This document shows positions 1-14,687 of a DNA stretch of 64,000 nucleotides, piece after piece. Each line of letters starts with the position of its first letter. Position 1 is the first letter of the stretch. The notes below the pieces were generated by a model. It saw nothing but the letters and a program-made list of their open reading frames with translations, made no database searches and had not been told where the DNA came from. Position numbers and translations under genes: made by a program. The stretch lies in NCBI GenBank assembly GCA_964016885.1, contig OZ024741.1, forward strand, positions 148,676,001 through 148,740,000, in the 5' to 3' direction. Source of the stretch: Eledone cirrhosa (lineage: Eukaryota).

Positions 1-30
1 TGTATGTATATATATGTATGTATATATATG

Positions 31-61
<31 letters not shown>

Positions 62-278
62 GTGTATATATATGTATATATATGTATATGTATATATGTA
101 TGTATATGTATATATATGTATATATATATGTGTATATATGTATCTATATATATGTGTATATATGTATCTATATATATGTGTATATATGTATCTATATATA
201 TGTGTATATATGTATCTATATATATATGTGTATGTATATATATGTATATATATATATGTGTATGTATGTATATATATG

Positions 279-309
<31 letters not shown>

Positions 310-632
310 GTGTATGTATATATATGTATATATATATATGTGTATGTATGTATATATATGTATATATATATATATGTATATATATATATGTATATATATA
401 CATATATGTATATATGTATGTATATATATGTATATATATATATATGTATATATATATATGTATATATATACATATATGTATATATATATGTGTATATATG
501 TGTATATATATGTATATATGTGTATATATATGTATATATGTATATATATATGTGTATATATATGTATATATGTATATATACATGTGTATATATATGTATG
601 TATGTATATGTATATATATGTATATATATATG

Positions 633-722
<90 letters not shown>

Positions 723-730
723 TATGTATA

Positions 731-762
<32 letters not shown>

Positions 763-800
763 GTGTATGTATATGTATATAAATATATATATATGTATAT
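1..800. repeat. (TA)n microsatellite with interspersed G, including a 22-bp higher-order unit near 125-215
   Basis: Seen directly in the sequence. Confidence 0.98.
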
Positions 801-1038
801 CATCATCAACGTTTAACGTCTGTGTTCCACGCTTGCATGGGTTTGGACGGGGGTATTCCCACTTGAAGCAAGAGTGATTGTCTTGCTCGCATAGGACTGT
901 CTGGCAGGTTTTCTACAGTTGGATGCCCTTCCTAACACCAACCACATTTACAGTGTGGGTCTGGGAGGTTTTTACTGTGTTCCCTACATGGCCACATTAC
1001 AGCGTGGACTGTGTTTTTTTTGTCGTGACACCTACACG
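801..1038 (-). mobile_element. RTE LINE family A 3' UTR fragment ending in a (GAT)n tail
   Basis: Reverse complement of the 3' UTR that follows the RTE ORF end at 21750-22006. Confidence 0.85.
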
Positions 1039-1054
1039 TATATATATATGTATA

Positions 1055-1112
1055 TAAATGTAAGTATGTATGTATACATACATACATATATGTATACAGA
1101 CGTACTGTAGCA

Positions 1113-1152
<40 letters not shown>

Positions 1153-1660
1153 CATACATATACATATATACATACAGGTACACATACATATATGCACGCA
1201 TCAGTTTAGCGGACGCTTATTATAACGCCGCTTTGTTCGTTTGTAAACAAAACTGAACAGCCTGAATTTATGCCATACGGTGTTAAGGCAACCACGTCAC
1301 CTTTTTGTTCAACACTGACACAGGAACGATGTACTAGTTTCAAGCTTGTTAGCTATCATCAGCACCGTTTACCCATCTGCCAGATAGTTGAACGTTCGAA
1401 AGTATATACTTTCCATATGAAAATTAACGGCTGAGCAGCCTAATTTGCATATTGAGTGAGTTAAATCGGTCAGGCATACCGAAAACGAAATTTCATTTCT
1501 CACTCTTAGTATGGCACTTACTTAAATGTAAGTATGTATGTATACGTACATACATATATGTATACAGACGTACAGTAGCATGCATATATATATATATATA
1601 TATATATACATACATATACATATATACGTACAGGTATATTATAAAATTAACTTACTTAGT
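1055..1660 (-). mobile_element. Non-coding PLE pseudo-LTR / retrozyme-like unit in partial tandem (period ~468 bp)
   Basis: taaatgtaagtatg...cagacgtac.gtagcatgc occurs at 1055 and 1523. Contains a hammerhead at 1325-1369. A second copy lies at 29711-30190. Confidence 0.7.
1325..1369 (-). ncRNA. Minimal type I hammerhead ribozyme (PLE type)
   Basis: Minus strand reads aacggtg CTGATGA t agct aaca agct t GAAA ctag TA catcgtt: 7-bp stem I, intact core, stem II, palindromic stem III (ACTAGT), GUA cleavage triplet. Confidence 0.85.
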
Positions 1661-4212
<2,552 letters not shown>

Positions 4213-4347
4213 TAGTATTAAGGATACTATTTATGGTTATGTATATACTAAAACCTTTTATAGTTATATATATTTTAAACCCTAAATAGTGAAAGACAGT
4301 AATTTATTACTACCTTTTTACCTATGTAAACAATCATTGAAAAATTG

Positions 4348-4391
4348 CTCCGAAGACTCTAAATGTCGGTTAGGAAGAAACAATTGTAAGG
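4348..4391 (+). ncRNA. Degenerate PLE-type hammerhead in an AT-rich pseudo-LTR relic (~4213-4440)
   Basis: ct CCGAAGA c tctaa atgtcgg ttagg aa GAAA caattg TA ag, followed by aataaa. Core has U4>C; stem III is palindromic (ACAATTGT). Confidence 0.55.
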
Positions 4392-4508
4392 GAATAAATG
4401 GTTTAAACAAAACTTTGATTCATGTAATTTCTATAATATCTCTCTCTCTCTCTCTCTCTCTGTATATATATATATAAGTATCTATATGTATATATATATA
4501 TATATGTA

Positions 4509-4543
<35 letters not shown>

Positions 4544-4556
4544 ATATACGTATATA

Positions 4557-4623
<67 letters not shown>

Positions 4624-4624
4624 G

Positions 4625-4675
<51 letters not shown>

Positions 4676-4678
<3 letters not shown>

Positions 4679-4893
4679 GACGATCGGCTTTCGTCAAATC
4701 GGACCGAGGGAACAATGTTTCCGTTGGTCTTTCCAATTGCTAATACTATCTATCGGTCGCAACTCCAGGTAGAAGGAGCAACGTGAAATAAAGCGTCTTG
4801 CTCAAGGACATAACGCATCGCCTGGTCCAGGAATCGAACTCATAACCTTACGATTGCGAATCCAATTCTCTAACCACTCAGCCACACGCCTTC
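4676..4893 (-). mobile_element. tRNA-derived CORE-type SINE with an alternative tail
   Basis: Minus strand gaaggcgtgTGGCTGAGTGGttagag...GAGTTCGATTCC (A/B boxes), then gtccttgagcaagacgc (CORE-like). A related fragment lies at 38695-38828 (+). Confidence 0.8.
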
Positions 4894-4964
4894 ACATATA
4901 TGTATATGTATATATATATATGTATATATATATGTATATATATATATATATGTATATATATATG

Positions 4965-4995
<31 letters not shown>

Positions 4996-5052
4996 GTATA
5001 TATATATAATGTATATATATATGTATATATATATATAATGTATATATATATG

Positions 5053-5119
<67 letters not shown>

Positions 5120-5428
5120 GTATATATATATATGTATATATATATGTATATATATATGTATATATATATATGTATATATATGTGTATATATGTATATATA
5201 TATGTGTATATATATGTATATATATATGTATATATATATGTATATATATATGTATATATATGTATATATATATATGTATATATATGTATATATATATGTA
5301 TATATATATATGTATATATATATGTATATATATATGTATATATATATATGTATATATATATGTATATATATATATATGTATATATATGTATATATATATA
5401 TATGTATATATATATGTATATATATATG

Positions 5429-5459
<31 letters not shown>

Positions 5460-5569
5460 GTATATATATGTATATATATATGTATGTATATATATATGTA
5501 TATATATATATGTATATATATATGTATATATATATATATGTATATATATATATGTGTATATATATATAT

Positions 5570-5601
<32 letters not shown>

Positions 5602-5674
5602 GTATATGTATATGTATGTATATGTATATGTATATATATATGTATATATCTATATATATATATGTGTATATATG

Positions 5675-5706
<32 letters not shown>

Positions 5707-5770
5707 TATGTATATGTATATATATATGTATATATCTATATATATATATGTGTATATATGTATATATATG

Positions 5771-5811
<41 letters not shown>

Positions 5812-6406
5812 GTATATATCTATATATATATATATATGTGTATATATGTATATATATATATGTGTATATATGTATATATATATATGTATATATATGTATA
5901 TATATATATGTGTATATATGTATATATATATGTATATATATGTATATATATATATGTGTATATATGTATATATATATGTGTATATATGTATATATATATA
6001 TGTATATATATGTATACATATATATGTGTATATATGTATATATATATATGTGTATATATGTATATATATATATGTGTATATATGTATATATATATATGTA
6101 TATATATGTATATATATATGTATATATATGTATATATATATGTGTATATATGTATATATATATGTGTATATATGTATATATATATATGTATATATATGTA
6201 TATATATATATGTGTATATATGTATATATATATATGTGTATATATGTATATATATATATGTATATATATGTATATATATATATGTATATATATGTATATA
6301 TATATATGTATATATATGTATATATATATATGTGTATATATGTATATATATATATGTATATATATGTATATATATATATGTGTATATATGTATATATATA
6401 TATGTG

Positions 6407-6438
<32 letters not shown>

Positions 6439-6663
6439 ATGTGTATATATGTATATGTGTATATATGTATATGTATATGTGTATATATGTATATATATAT
6501 GTGTATATATATATGTATATATATATATATATATATGTGTATATATATATATATATATATGTGTATATATATATATGTATATATGTATATATGTATATGT
6601 ATATGTGTATATATATATGTATATGTGTATATATATATGTATATATGTATATATGTATATGTA

Positions 6664-6715
<52 letters not shown>

Positions 6716-6731
6716 TGTATATATATGTATA

Positions 6732-6792
<61 letters not shown>

Positions 6793-6795
6793 GTA
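4894..6795. repeat. ~1.9-kb (TA)n/(TATG)n microsatellite
   Basis: Seen directly in the sequence. Confidence 0.98.
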
Positions 6796-6935
6796 TTAGA
6801 AAGTGAGGTTTTTCTTTTACAAAATGAAAAATAACCGAGGTGTCCTACACGAGTGGAAGTATAAAGAAAAAGGGATGAAATCGAAAATTCAACTGAAGTC
6901 TTATTTTTTTTAAAAATATATATATTTATTTGGTT

Positions 6936-6973
6936 CCTTTACCGGTTTCGCAGTTCTTCTGCTTTTCAAAAGG
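6936..6973 (-). ncRNA. Mirror copy of the U3-A8 hammerhead
   Basis: Exact reverse complement of 7046-7083 in the other palindrome arm. Confidence 0.75.
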
Positions 6974-7045
6974 TGAGTTGTGATGGAGGGTCTGTGGTTT
7001 TTCTCACAGATGTGAGAAAAACCACAGACCCTCCATCTCAACTCA

Positions 7046-7083
7046 CCTTTTGAAAAGCAGAAGAACTGCGAAACCGGTAAAGG
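7046..7083 (+). ncRNA. Minimal hammerhead ribozyme, U3-A8 core variant
   Basis: cctt TTGAAAA gcag aagaa ctgc GAAA ccgg TA aagg: perfect stems I and II, palindromic stem III (ACCGGT), GUA triplet, downstream aataaa. Confidence 0.75.
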
Positions 7084-7216
7084 AACCAAATAAATATATA
7101 TATTTTTTAAAAAAATAAGACTTCTGTTGCATTTTCGATTTCATCCCTTTTTCTTTATATATATGTATATATATATATTTATATATATATATGTATATAT
7201 ATGTATATATGTATAT

Positions 7217-7248
<32 letters not shown>

Positions 7249-7480
7249 GTATGTATATATGTGTGTGTATATGTATGTATATGTGTATATGTATATGTGT
7301 ATATCTATGTATATATATGTATATGTATGTATATATGTGTGTATATGTATGTATATATGTATATGTATGTATATCTGTATATATATGTATATGTATGTGT
7401 ATATGTATGTACGTATATATGTATATGGGTATATGTATGTATGTATATGTGTATATGTATATATGTATGTATATATATGT

Positions 7481-7912
7481 ATCAGAGTTTTCCTTCTCCT
7501 AGAATTCTGCCTTGACAAAGGCTAAGAGGTCACCTTTCCCGGTGATTTTGGATGGCCACTGACTCTTACGAGCTCCTTTGCCCTTTGGTATCCAATGATG
7601 TTGACTTGTTCTTCTTTTTGGTAAATATCATCTTGGTTAAGAGAGTGGGACTGGCTTTGTGCAGTTCCTTTGCTCACTATAAAAGCTTCACGGCACAGGC
7701 GTTGCTTTATATCTGGAGATCTCTCTGCACTTGTCCTCACATGGTACCATGGGCCCAGCACTATGTGTCAATTGTCACAAGTGTAGTGTTTGTACCAGGG
7801 TTTTCAAGTCGCTGGCTGGACTAAAAAGCCACACTCGTTCAGCGCATCGGTAGGGGTTCTCCTACATGGATATAAAGTAGTGGCCGTACTCGAAAACGAG
7901 TTGGCAGCCACC
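7481..7912 (-). mobile_element. Non-autonomous repeat (GGTGGCTGCC-terminus family) carrying a probable PLE GIY-YIG C-terminal relic
   Basis: Shares sequence with 26075-26229, 31573-32157 and 32241-32368. Translation [10 protein letters not shown]...KQRLCREAFIV...LNQD resembles the H..W..R..EA..I..LNxD end of PLE endonucleases. Confidence 0.55.
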
Positions 7913-8009
7913 ATATATATGTATATGTATGTATGTATGTATATGTATATATGTATGTATACATATATATGTATATGTATATATGTATGTATACATATAT
8001 ATGTATATG

Positions 8010-8040
<31 letters not shown>

Positions 8041-8254
8041 GTATGTATACATATATATGTATATGTATATATACATATATATATGTATGTATACATATAT
8101 GTATATGTGTCTATGTATGTATACATATATATATATGTATATGTGTATATGTATGTATACATATATATATGTATATGTATATATGTATGTATACATATAT
8201 ATGTGTATATGTATGTATATATATATATATGTGTATATGTATATGTATACTTTT

Positions 8255-9450
8255 GCCCCCCCAAAAATTAGCTCAACGAATGAGATTTTCAACAACTGCG
8301 TAAACAGCAATAACACTAACGATGTTAGGGGTGCGTAAGGTAGTGGGGTGGCTGGTGCGACGACATGCATGAACCCCCCGACTGTTATTAAGTAATCGCA
8401 CAACAACAACTGCGTAAACAGCAATAACACCAACCATGTTAGGAATGCGCACGGTACTGGGGGCGCTAGGGAGGCCCTGTGTCAGAACCCCACAACCGTC
8501 ATCAAGCAATCGCACAACAGGAAAAAGAACGAGACCTCGCAACTCAGTTGCCACACTTAATGTTGGCACTCTAATAGGTAGATCTGGTGAGATAGCGGAG
8601 ATGCTGGAGAGAAGGCATGTGGATGTGTGCTGTGTGCAAGAGGTGAGATGGAGAGGTGCCTGTGCAAGACTAATTGCAGGTAAACATTGTAGTTATAAGC
8701 TTTTCTTGGTGGGTAGGTCATATTACTAGCTGAGAGATGGATCAATAAGACAATAGAGGTATTTAGAGTTAGTAATAAAATAATTAAGCTTAGATTAGTT
8801 GTAGGCAGGAGAATACTGACAATCATCTCTGCCTATGCTCCCCAGGCAGGCCTAGGTAAAGAAGAGAAAGACTGCTTTTACAAGCAACTTTTACAAACAG
8901 CCTCAATAACAGAGGACAGAGACATTGTTATGCTAGCAGGAGACTTCAATGGTCATGTTGGACAGCTCCAGGATGGTTACACTGGGGTACATGGTGGGTA
9001 CGGTTACGGCTCAAGAAATGAAGATGGAGTGAGACTTCTTGAATTTTGTGATGCAGGTACATTGACTATTTGCAACACAAACTTCCAGAAACCTGCCAAT
9101 CACCTAATAACCTACAAATCTGGTGAGCGCATAACCAGATTGACTTCTTACTAGTTAGGCAGCAGGACAGGCAGATAGTGTCTAATACCAAGGCATACCC
9201 TGGGGAAGAATGTACCCCACAGCATAGGTTAGTCGTTAGTGATATCTCAGTAAGCAAGAGAAAGAATGAGACATACAGGAAGGTGTGGAAAAGAAAGGTC
9301 TGGAAGCTACAAGACCTTTCATTAAAATATAAATTCAGCAAAGCCCTTCAAGATGTGTATGACGAAAAAGAAGACGATTTAGAGTTGTATGACATAGATA
9401 ATAACTGGAATTTCTTGCATGACAACTTACTGCAGGCTACTGAAAAAACT
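8255..9450 (+). mobile_element. RTE LINE 5' part: disrupted APE endonuclease, 3'-truncated
   Basis: VATLNVGTL..VDVCCVQEVRW, AGDFNGHVG, LLEFC, QHRLVV, NWNFLHDNLLQAT across frameshifted ORFs 8436-9513. Confidence 0.9.
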
Positions 9451-9679
9451 TATTCCTTCCTTTTATCACTCTTTACTTTCTATTTATCTTCTATTTCTAA
9501 CTCTATCTTCTGATAAAGGACTAGTGTCTGAAACTCTTCCTGCTATTTCAAGTGTTAAACTAATATATTTCTTCTATGTGCCATTAATTTTGCTATTTCT
9601 GTTTACCTATTACATACATAGATGTATATAGATGTAACAGCTTTCCTGCTGTTTCTGTCTATCAATTTCACACCTCTGT

Positions 9680-10440
9680 TACTATGGGCATGTGGTTAGA
9701 ATGTCTCTGGAAAGAATCGCTGGACAGATTTCATGGGTAAAACCAACAGGCAAGAGCCCCAGAGGTTGACCCTGAGTAAGATGGTTGGATAACATCCATG
9801 ATCTTAGCTGGTGTCGCTTGGGGTTCCAGTTGGATCAATTGGAGATGGTTGTTTCTGAGGATTATCCCAGGAATAAGAGGGCCAAGAAGAGAACTGTAGT
9901 GTGTGTCATGCGGGCTTGTCAGAAATGCTCTTGATAATAAATAACTAGGATATGAACCTAATTACTGCCTTTGTTTCTACATATCTGGTCTCGCAATTAA
10001 TTGGAAAAAACTGTTGTAATGCATCAACCTACCCCTGAAGAACGAATCAAAGGATCATAGTATGTGTCTCATTTATTCTCTCTATATTGTTGTATTCTTC
10101 TGAAACTTGGACAATATGCATGCCTCATGTACAAATGTTAGAAAGATTTCACCAGAAATGCCTCTGTCACAACATACTCAGAATAAGCTGGTCCTCACTC
10201 TTTCCTAACACCAATTTCCTTGCTGCAGCTAGGATCACATTAAAAAAGTCATGCTTGTTAAGGATCAACTATGATGGACAAGCCATCTCAGCCATCTCCT
10301 ATGAGTGATGCGTGCATTCCCAAACAAATGTTTTATGGGAGAGCAAAAATAGTAAGCAAGAAAAAATACAAAGACTTTAAAATCAGATTTGAAATGTTTT
10401 AAATTGTTACAAAAGTCTTGACTCACTTGTGACAGATAGA
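9680..10440 (+). mobile_element. Old decayed RTE-clade LINE C-terminal fragments
   Basis: YGHVVRM..RWLDNI near 9682-9797; LYSSETWT..LERFHQKCL..ILRISW and IPKQMFYG at 10087-10340. Confidence 0.7.
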
Positions 10441-10568
10441 GAAGCTTATCACCCAGTAATTTACAATTTCTAGAGCAGAACTTTTCAAACTTTTCATATT
10501 GGTGACACACTTTTAAAAACAAAATTCATTTCTCCTGTTAAAATATTTAAAAGATGATGTAAATTTGT

Positions 10569-10840
10569 GAAAGCATGTGGCTTAGTGGTTAGGGTGTTTG
10601 ACTCATAATTGTAAGGATATGGGTTTGATATCCAGACTGGAAAGCACATTGTCTCCTCAAGCAAAGAACTTCATTCATTTTGCTCCAGTCCACTAGGCTG
10701 AAAATAAATATTAGCAGCAGCAGCTGGGGTCAACCTCGACATACACTTAAATGTCATAGTCACTTTGTGTGACATGAAACCGCGATAAGCTCTAGCCTTT
10801 GCTCAACCTGCGCCTGCATGGAAAAATGAATATAAAAACC
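10569..10840 (+). mobile_element. Decayed tRNA/CORE SINE
   Basis: tgtggcttagtggttagggtg head, then caagcaaag..ttgctccagtccac and a gcatggaaaa tail. Confidence 0.7.
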
Positions 10841-11348
10841 TATTATATCTATAACTACAAATTAGAGCATGCAATGGTATTTTTGTCTATTTTTTTTCTT
10901 TTTTCTGACTGGCATGAAAGTACCATTAAAGTCAGTTTGATAAGATTCTAATTTTTGTAGCTACCTGCCAGGTGTTGCACTGGTTCAGCCACTGTCATTT
11001 CCTAATCCAATCTCCTGTGGATACGACATATATAAAATGTATAACCAGACTTTGAATATTTGCCATGTATCATTGTTGGTACATTTAGTAAGTATATCAT
11101 TATAGGGAAAAGTTTATTTGGAAGTAACCAATGTGTTTCATTTGCCTAAATCATATTTAAATTCCAAATCTATGTAGTTATTTGGAAATTAACATATTGT
11201 AGAAGTAGTATCTTTGTTGCTAAGAACATAAGGTAAGCTGATATTGTTGCTATGATTTAAAGATTTTGTTTTCATTGAATTTGCTTTGCAGCCTTTTGTG
11301 AATAAATGTTAAAATATTTGTTCATTTTTTTTCCTCTTTTAAATGCAG

Positions 11349-11427
11349 ACCTGGACAGTTTACTCTTGGTGACAGAATGAATATTGCTACAGATAAAGAA
11401 CTTAGTGATTTACTTGATTTTAGTGCA
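11349..11427 (+). CDS. TCF12: N-terminal coding exon of class I bHLH E-protein (TCF12/TCF4/TCF3, daughterless-family orthologue), AD1 motif
   Basis: Polypyrimidine tract and ...aaatgcag acceptor ending 11348. Frame reads PGQFTLGDR-MNIATDKELSDLLDFSA (ATG at 11377), followed directly by a gtaagt donor at 11428. Matches vertebrate E-protein AD1 (GTDKELSDLLDFSA) with the same phase-0 intron position. The symbol is nominal because invertebrates typically have one E-protein gene. Confidence 0.9.
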
Positions 11428-12505
11428 GTAAGTTGAAGTTTTCTTATTTTACATTATTCTACTGAAATATCAACTCCATTTTGATCCCATTCAAGTAGTT
11501 ATTTTCCATCTAGAGCTGGTCTCACAGTGCAAAAGGTTTCATATTTTCAATGTATATCAAATTAAATTATTGAAAAAACATTTAAACCTGTTTCTGGAAT
11601 AGATTTGCCATTACTCCTTAGTATTTTTTTAAAGATGTAATTTTATTTTGTGCAGCATTTCATTTTGCTTTCATTACTTGTGTTTATAATTTCAAATTGA
11701 GCGTTAAAATGTTATTGTTTTTTGCTGGAAACCATTTGGATTTTGATTTTTAATTTAGTACCTAAAAGTAGCATTTATATCACAAGTTTTAATAAAAAAA
11801 ATCTTGAGTGAAATAATTAATTCATTATTTATTGAAATGGAAACTCAAGATTTCAAGATAAAGCTAAGAGGGAGAGAGTCATCATTTATTTTACTATACC
11901 ACTATCACACTTAAAATCTAGATTTCTCACTTGGATTCTATTTATAGTGAATTCTAGAAGATTCTAGAAAGTAGGACTGCTTGAGAGTTATGTCTGAAAG
12001 AATGTTTTAAACTATTCAAAATAGTAATTTGGAAATCTTTTGTATAATTTTTTTTAAATTTAGGGTTCCAACTAAATTAAAGGATTATTATTGTTCAAAT
12101 TGGTCTTTTAGTGATATATACTTTGTATAAAACATAATCTAGTAAAAATTTGTTATGGCAATATGTATCACTAAACAGCAAGACATGTTTTATGGCCACT
12201 CTCTTGCTAGAGCAAGAGTTAGCCTTGCACACTGAGGCATGTTTTACATCCAGACGCCCTCCCTCTTTAACCCTTTTAGTCACCTCTGATGACAAGCAGG
12301 TATACAGTGTACCTATTCTAAGTTAAAAGTACACGTCTGGGAAATACTCATCTACTTACACATTAATGAGTAAGCTGTTCCATTGGCAGAATGGTCCATT
12401 TACAGGAGAGAGAGATGGGCTTAGTCAAACTAATTTCTAGATATGAAGGGGAAGTTCAGCTCATATACTGGCATTACTTTGCAATACTTGGTTTTTTATG
12501 TTTAA

Positions 12506-12713
12506 CCCTTTCATGACCATATTGTTAATGAAATACACTCTATTTCAATTAATTAATTAAAAATTTAGAGGGACTTAACTGAAATGATTAATTATTGCAT
12601 TACTAAGATGGTATTTGAAATATAATTTAAAAAAAGGTCCTTATATAAAATTATGTTGGAAATTTAGATTTAAATAAGAGCTTTTTAAAATGGGTGAGTT
12701 TGTATCAAAAGGG
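12506..12713. mobile_element. piggyBac-like MITE
   Basis: TTAA-CCCTTTCATGAC...GTATCAAAAGGG-TTAA. Related decayed copies near 14301, 49913, 53637-53863 and 58905-59141. Confidence 0.65.
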
Positions 12714-13503
12714 TTAACTAAACATATTTACATAATTCTGAAATTTAGAATTCAACTGCAATGCTATTTGAAGGCAATTTTATATGTCACTTTAATATAA
12801 TTAATGAAATTATTATGACAATAATTGCTTTAACATGATTTTTTTTCTACACAGTTTGTGACAATATTTTATAACTATATTATATGATATTATTATAGCA
12901 ATGCATTTCTTACAAGCTGTTTCAAAATATTTAATTGGGATCTGTTTAGTTTAAGAAAAGAGCTGCACTGCCATAAAGCAGTATTGTGTTGTTTACACTT
13001 TCCTAATTAATCTGTAATTAGTGAGGGTTTTATGCTAGTGATTGATTTGACAACATTCAGCCTCTGTTCTGTGATGATTCCACCAATTTTTACAATAGAG
13101 TACAGTATTTTTTTTTTTAGTCTTTTACTGACTGCAGTCATGCTGGGACATCTGCTTTGAAAAGATTTAGTTGATCATATCAACCCCGGTACTCTTTTTT
13201 ATTAAAGTCTGGTACTCATTTAATTGATCACTTCAAAAACGTTGAGTCACAGGACATAAACTGTAAATATAAACACATACACAGGGTTGGTGGTGCGGGA
13301 TACACACACGCAAGTATAAATAAAAATATATATATATTTCATCATCATCATTGTTTAATGTCTGTTGACCAATGCCTTGTAAGTGAAATTTGGTAGGTAA
13401 ACAGGGACTATGAGGAAGCCCCTCTCTCTCTCTCTCTCTCACTATATATATATATGTGTATATACACATATATATTGAAATGATGATGATGATATATATA
13501 TAT

Positions 13504-13845
13504 ATGGTCGTTTTTTGTTTTTGGAAGCCTCTACAATGCAGATGGATAAATCTCCAGGTAACAAAATCATGTGGCAGGAGGAAGAAAAGGGATAAGAGAG
13601 GAAGGGAGAAAATAGGAAAAAGAAATGTAAAATGAAATGAAACCAGAGATGAAGTTACCTTGGTTATCTTCGGACCCCCCTTGATGATGGGTGAGAAATC
13701 CAAAATATAGGGACTAATAACTTGATTCATCTCTGACTTTCATTTCATTTTACATTTCTTTTTCCTACCTCCCCTTTCTTCCTACTGCCACATGATTTTG
13801 TTTCCTGGAGATTTATCCATTGTAGAGGCTTCCCAAAACGACCAT
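13504..13845. repeat. Imperfect inverted repeat (arms ~13504-13655 and ~13727-13845), probably PLE-derived
   Basis: atggtcgtttt..ggaagcctctacaatg..gataaatctccagg..aaaatcatgtggcag is mirrored. The loop has a decayed hammerhead-like ccc TTGATGA..aaaatata ggg. Confidence 0.75.
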
Positions 13846-14468
13846 TTTTACTATTTCCCAATGCTTCAAAAGTAAACTTCAACACTCATATATATATATA
13901 TATATATATTTGTATGTGTGTCTCTATGTATGTCTTCACGTTAACATGACTTAAATTACCAGTGTTGTTTTGTTTATGTCTCACGTAAATGATATGTCCC
14001 ACAACTTAGCAGTTCAATGAAAAAGTACCATTCTTAAAAATAGGATAAGATTGGTCCCAAGTGGGGCTACTGGCTGTAAAACACTACCTAAAAAACGTCA
14101 CAACTTAACTATGCCAACAAAGAAATGCTTATGGAAAAAAAATATATATATTGTTTACAAATGCCAAGTACAGTTTCTCTTATCTGAAAGGATAACTCAG
14201 TTGTTAAAAATAAAGATGTTTTTTTAAGAACTATTGTTGTTCATATCAAATGTCTTTATTCAGACTTGGAATATTTTTTAATTTTGTAATTTAACTTACA
14301 TTAACCCTTTCATTACCATATTTCTAATGAAAGACTGCCTATGATTTTCATATCATTTTGAAATTTTTCAAGAATTTGGAGGGAATTAGTCATAATATAA
14401 ATTTCTGATTATTAAGCTGTTTGGTTGTTCTATGATGGAAGGTTTTTAGATAAATATAAACACATTAA

Positions 14469-14687
14469 CCCTTTAGAATTGACATTACTCTATATATACT
14501 ATTGTATTTTTGTAGTAAACACTTTATCTTACATAAGTATCTCACATAATATCGAATCTGAGATTTTGATATTATTTATTTTGAGAACAATACATTAACA
14601 TCAGTATAAGCGGCCAGTTTCAACTGGTTTGAATAGAAAGAGGTGAGACATTTCTGGCCGGATACGGCTGGTTTGAATGCTAAAGGG
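14469..14687. mobile_element. piggyBac-like MITE (~220 bp)
   Basis: TTAA TSDs and CCCTTTAG/CTAAAGGG termini. Homologous copies at 18116-18336 and, inverted, ~61214-61430. Confidence 0.8.

Larger units (their letters stand above)
6860..7159. repeat. 300-bp near-perfect palindrome made of two back-to-back PLE pseudo-LTR ends
   Basis: Arms 6860-7008 and 7011-7159 are reverse complements with a few mismatches and a 2-nt loop (ctcaca-ga-tgtgag). Confidence 0.92.
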
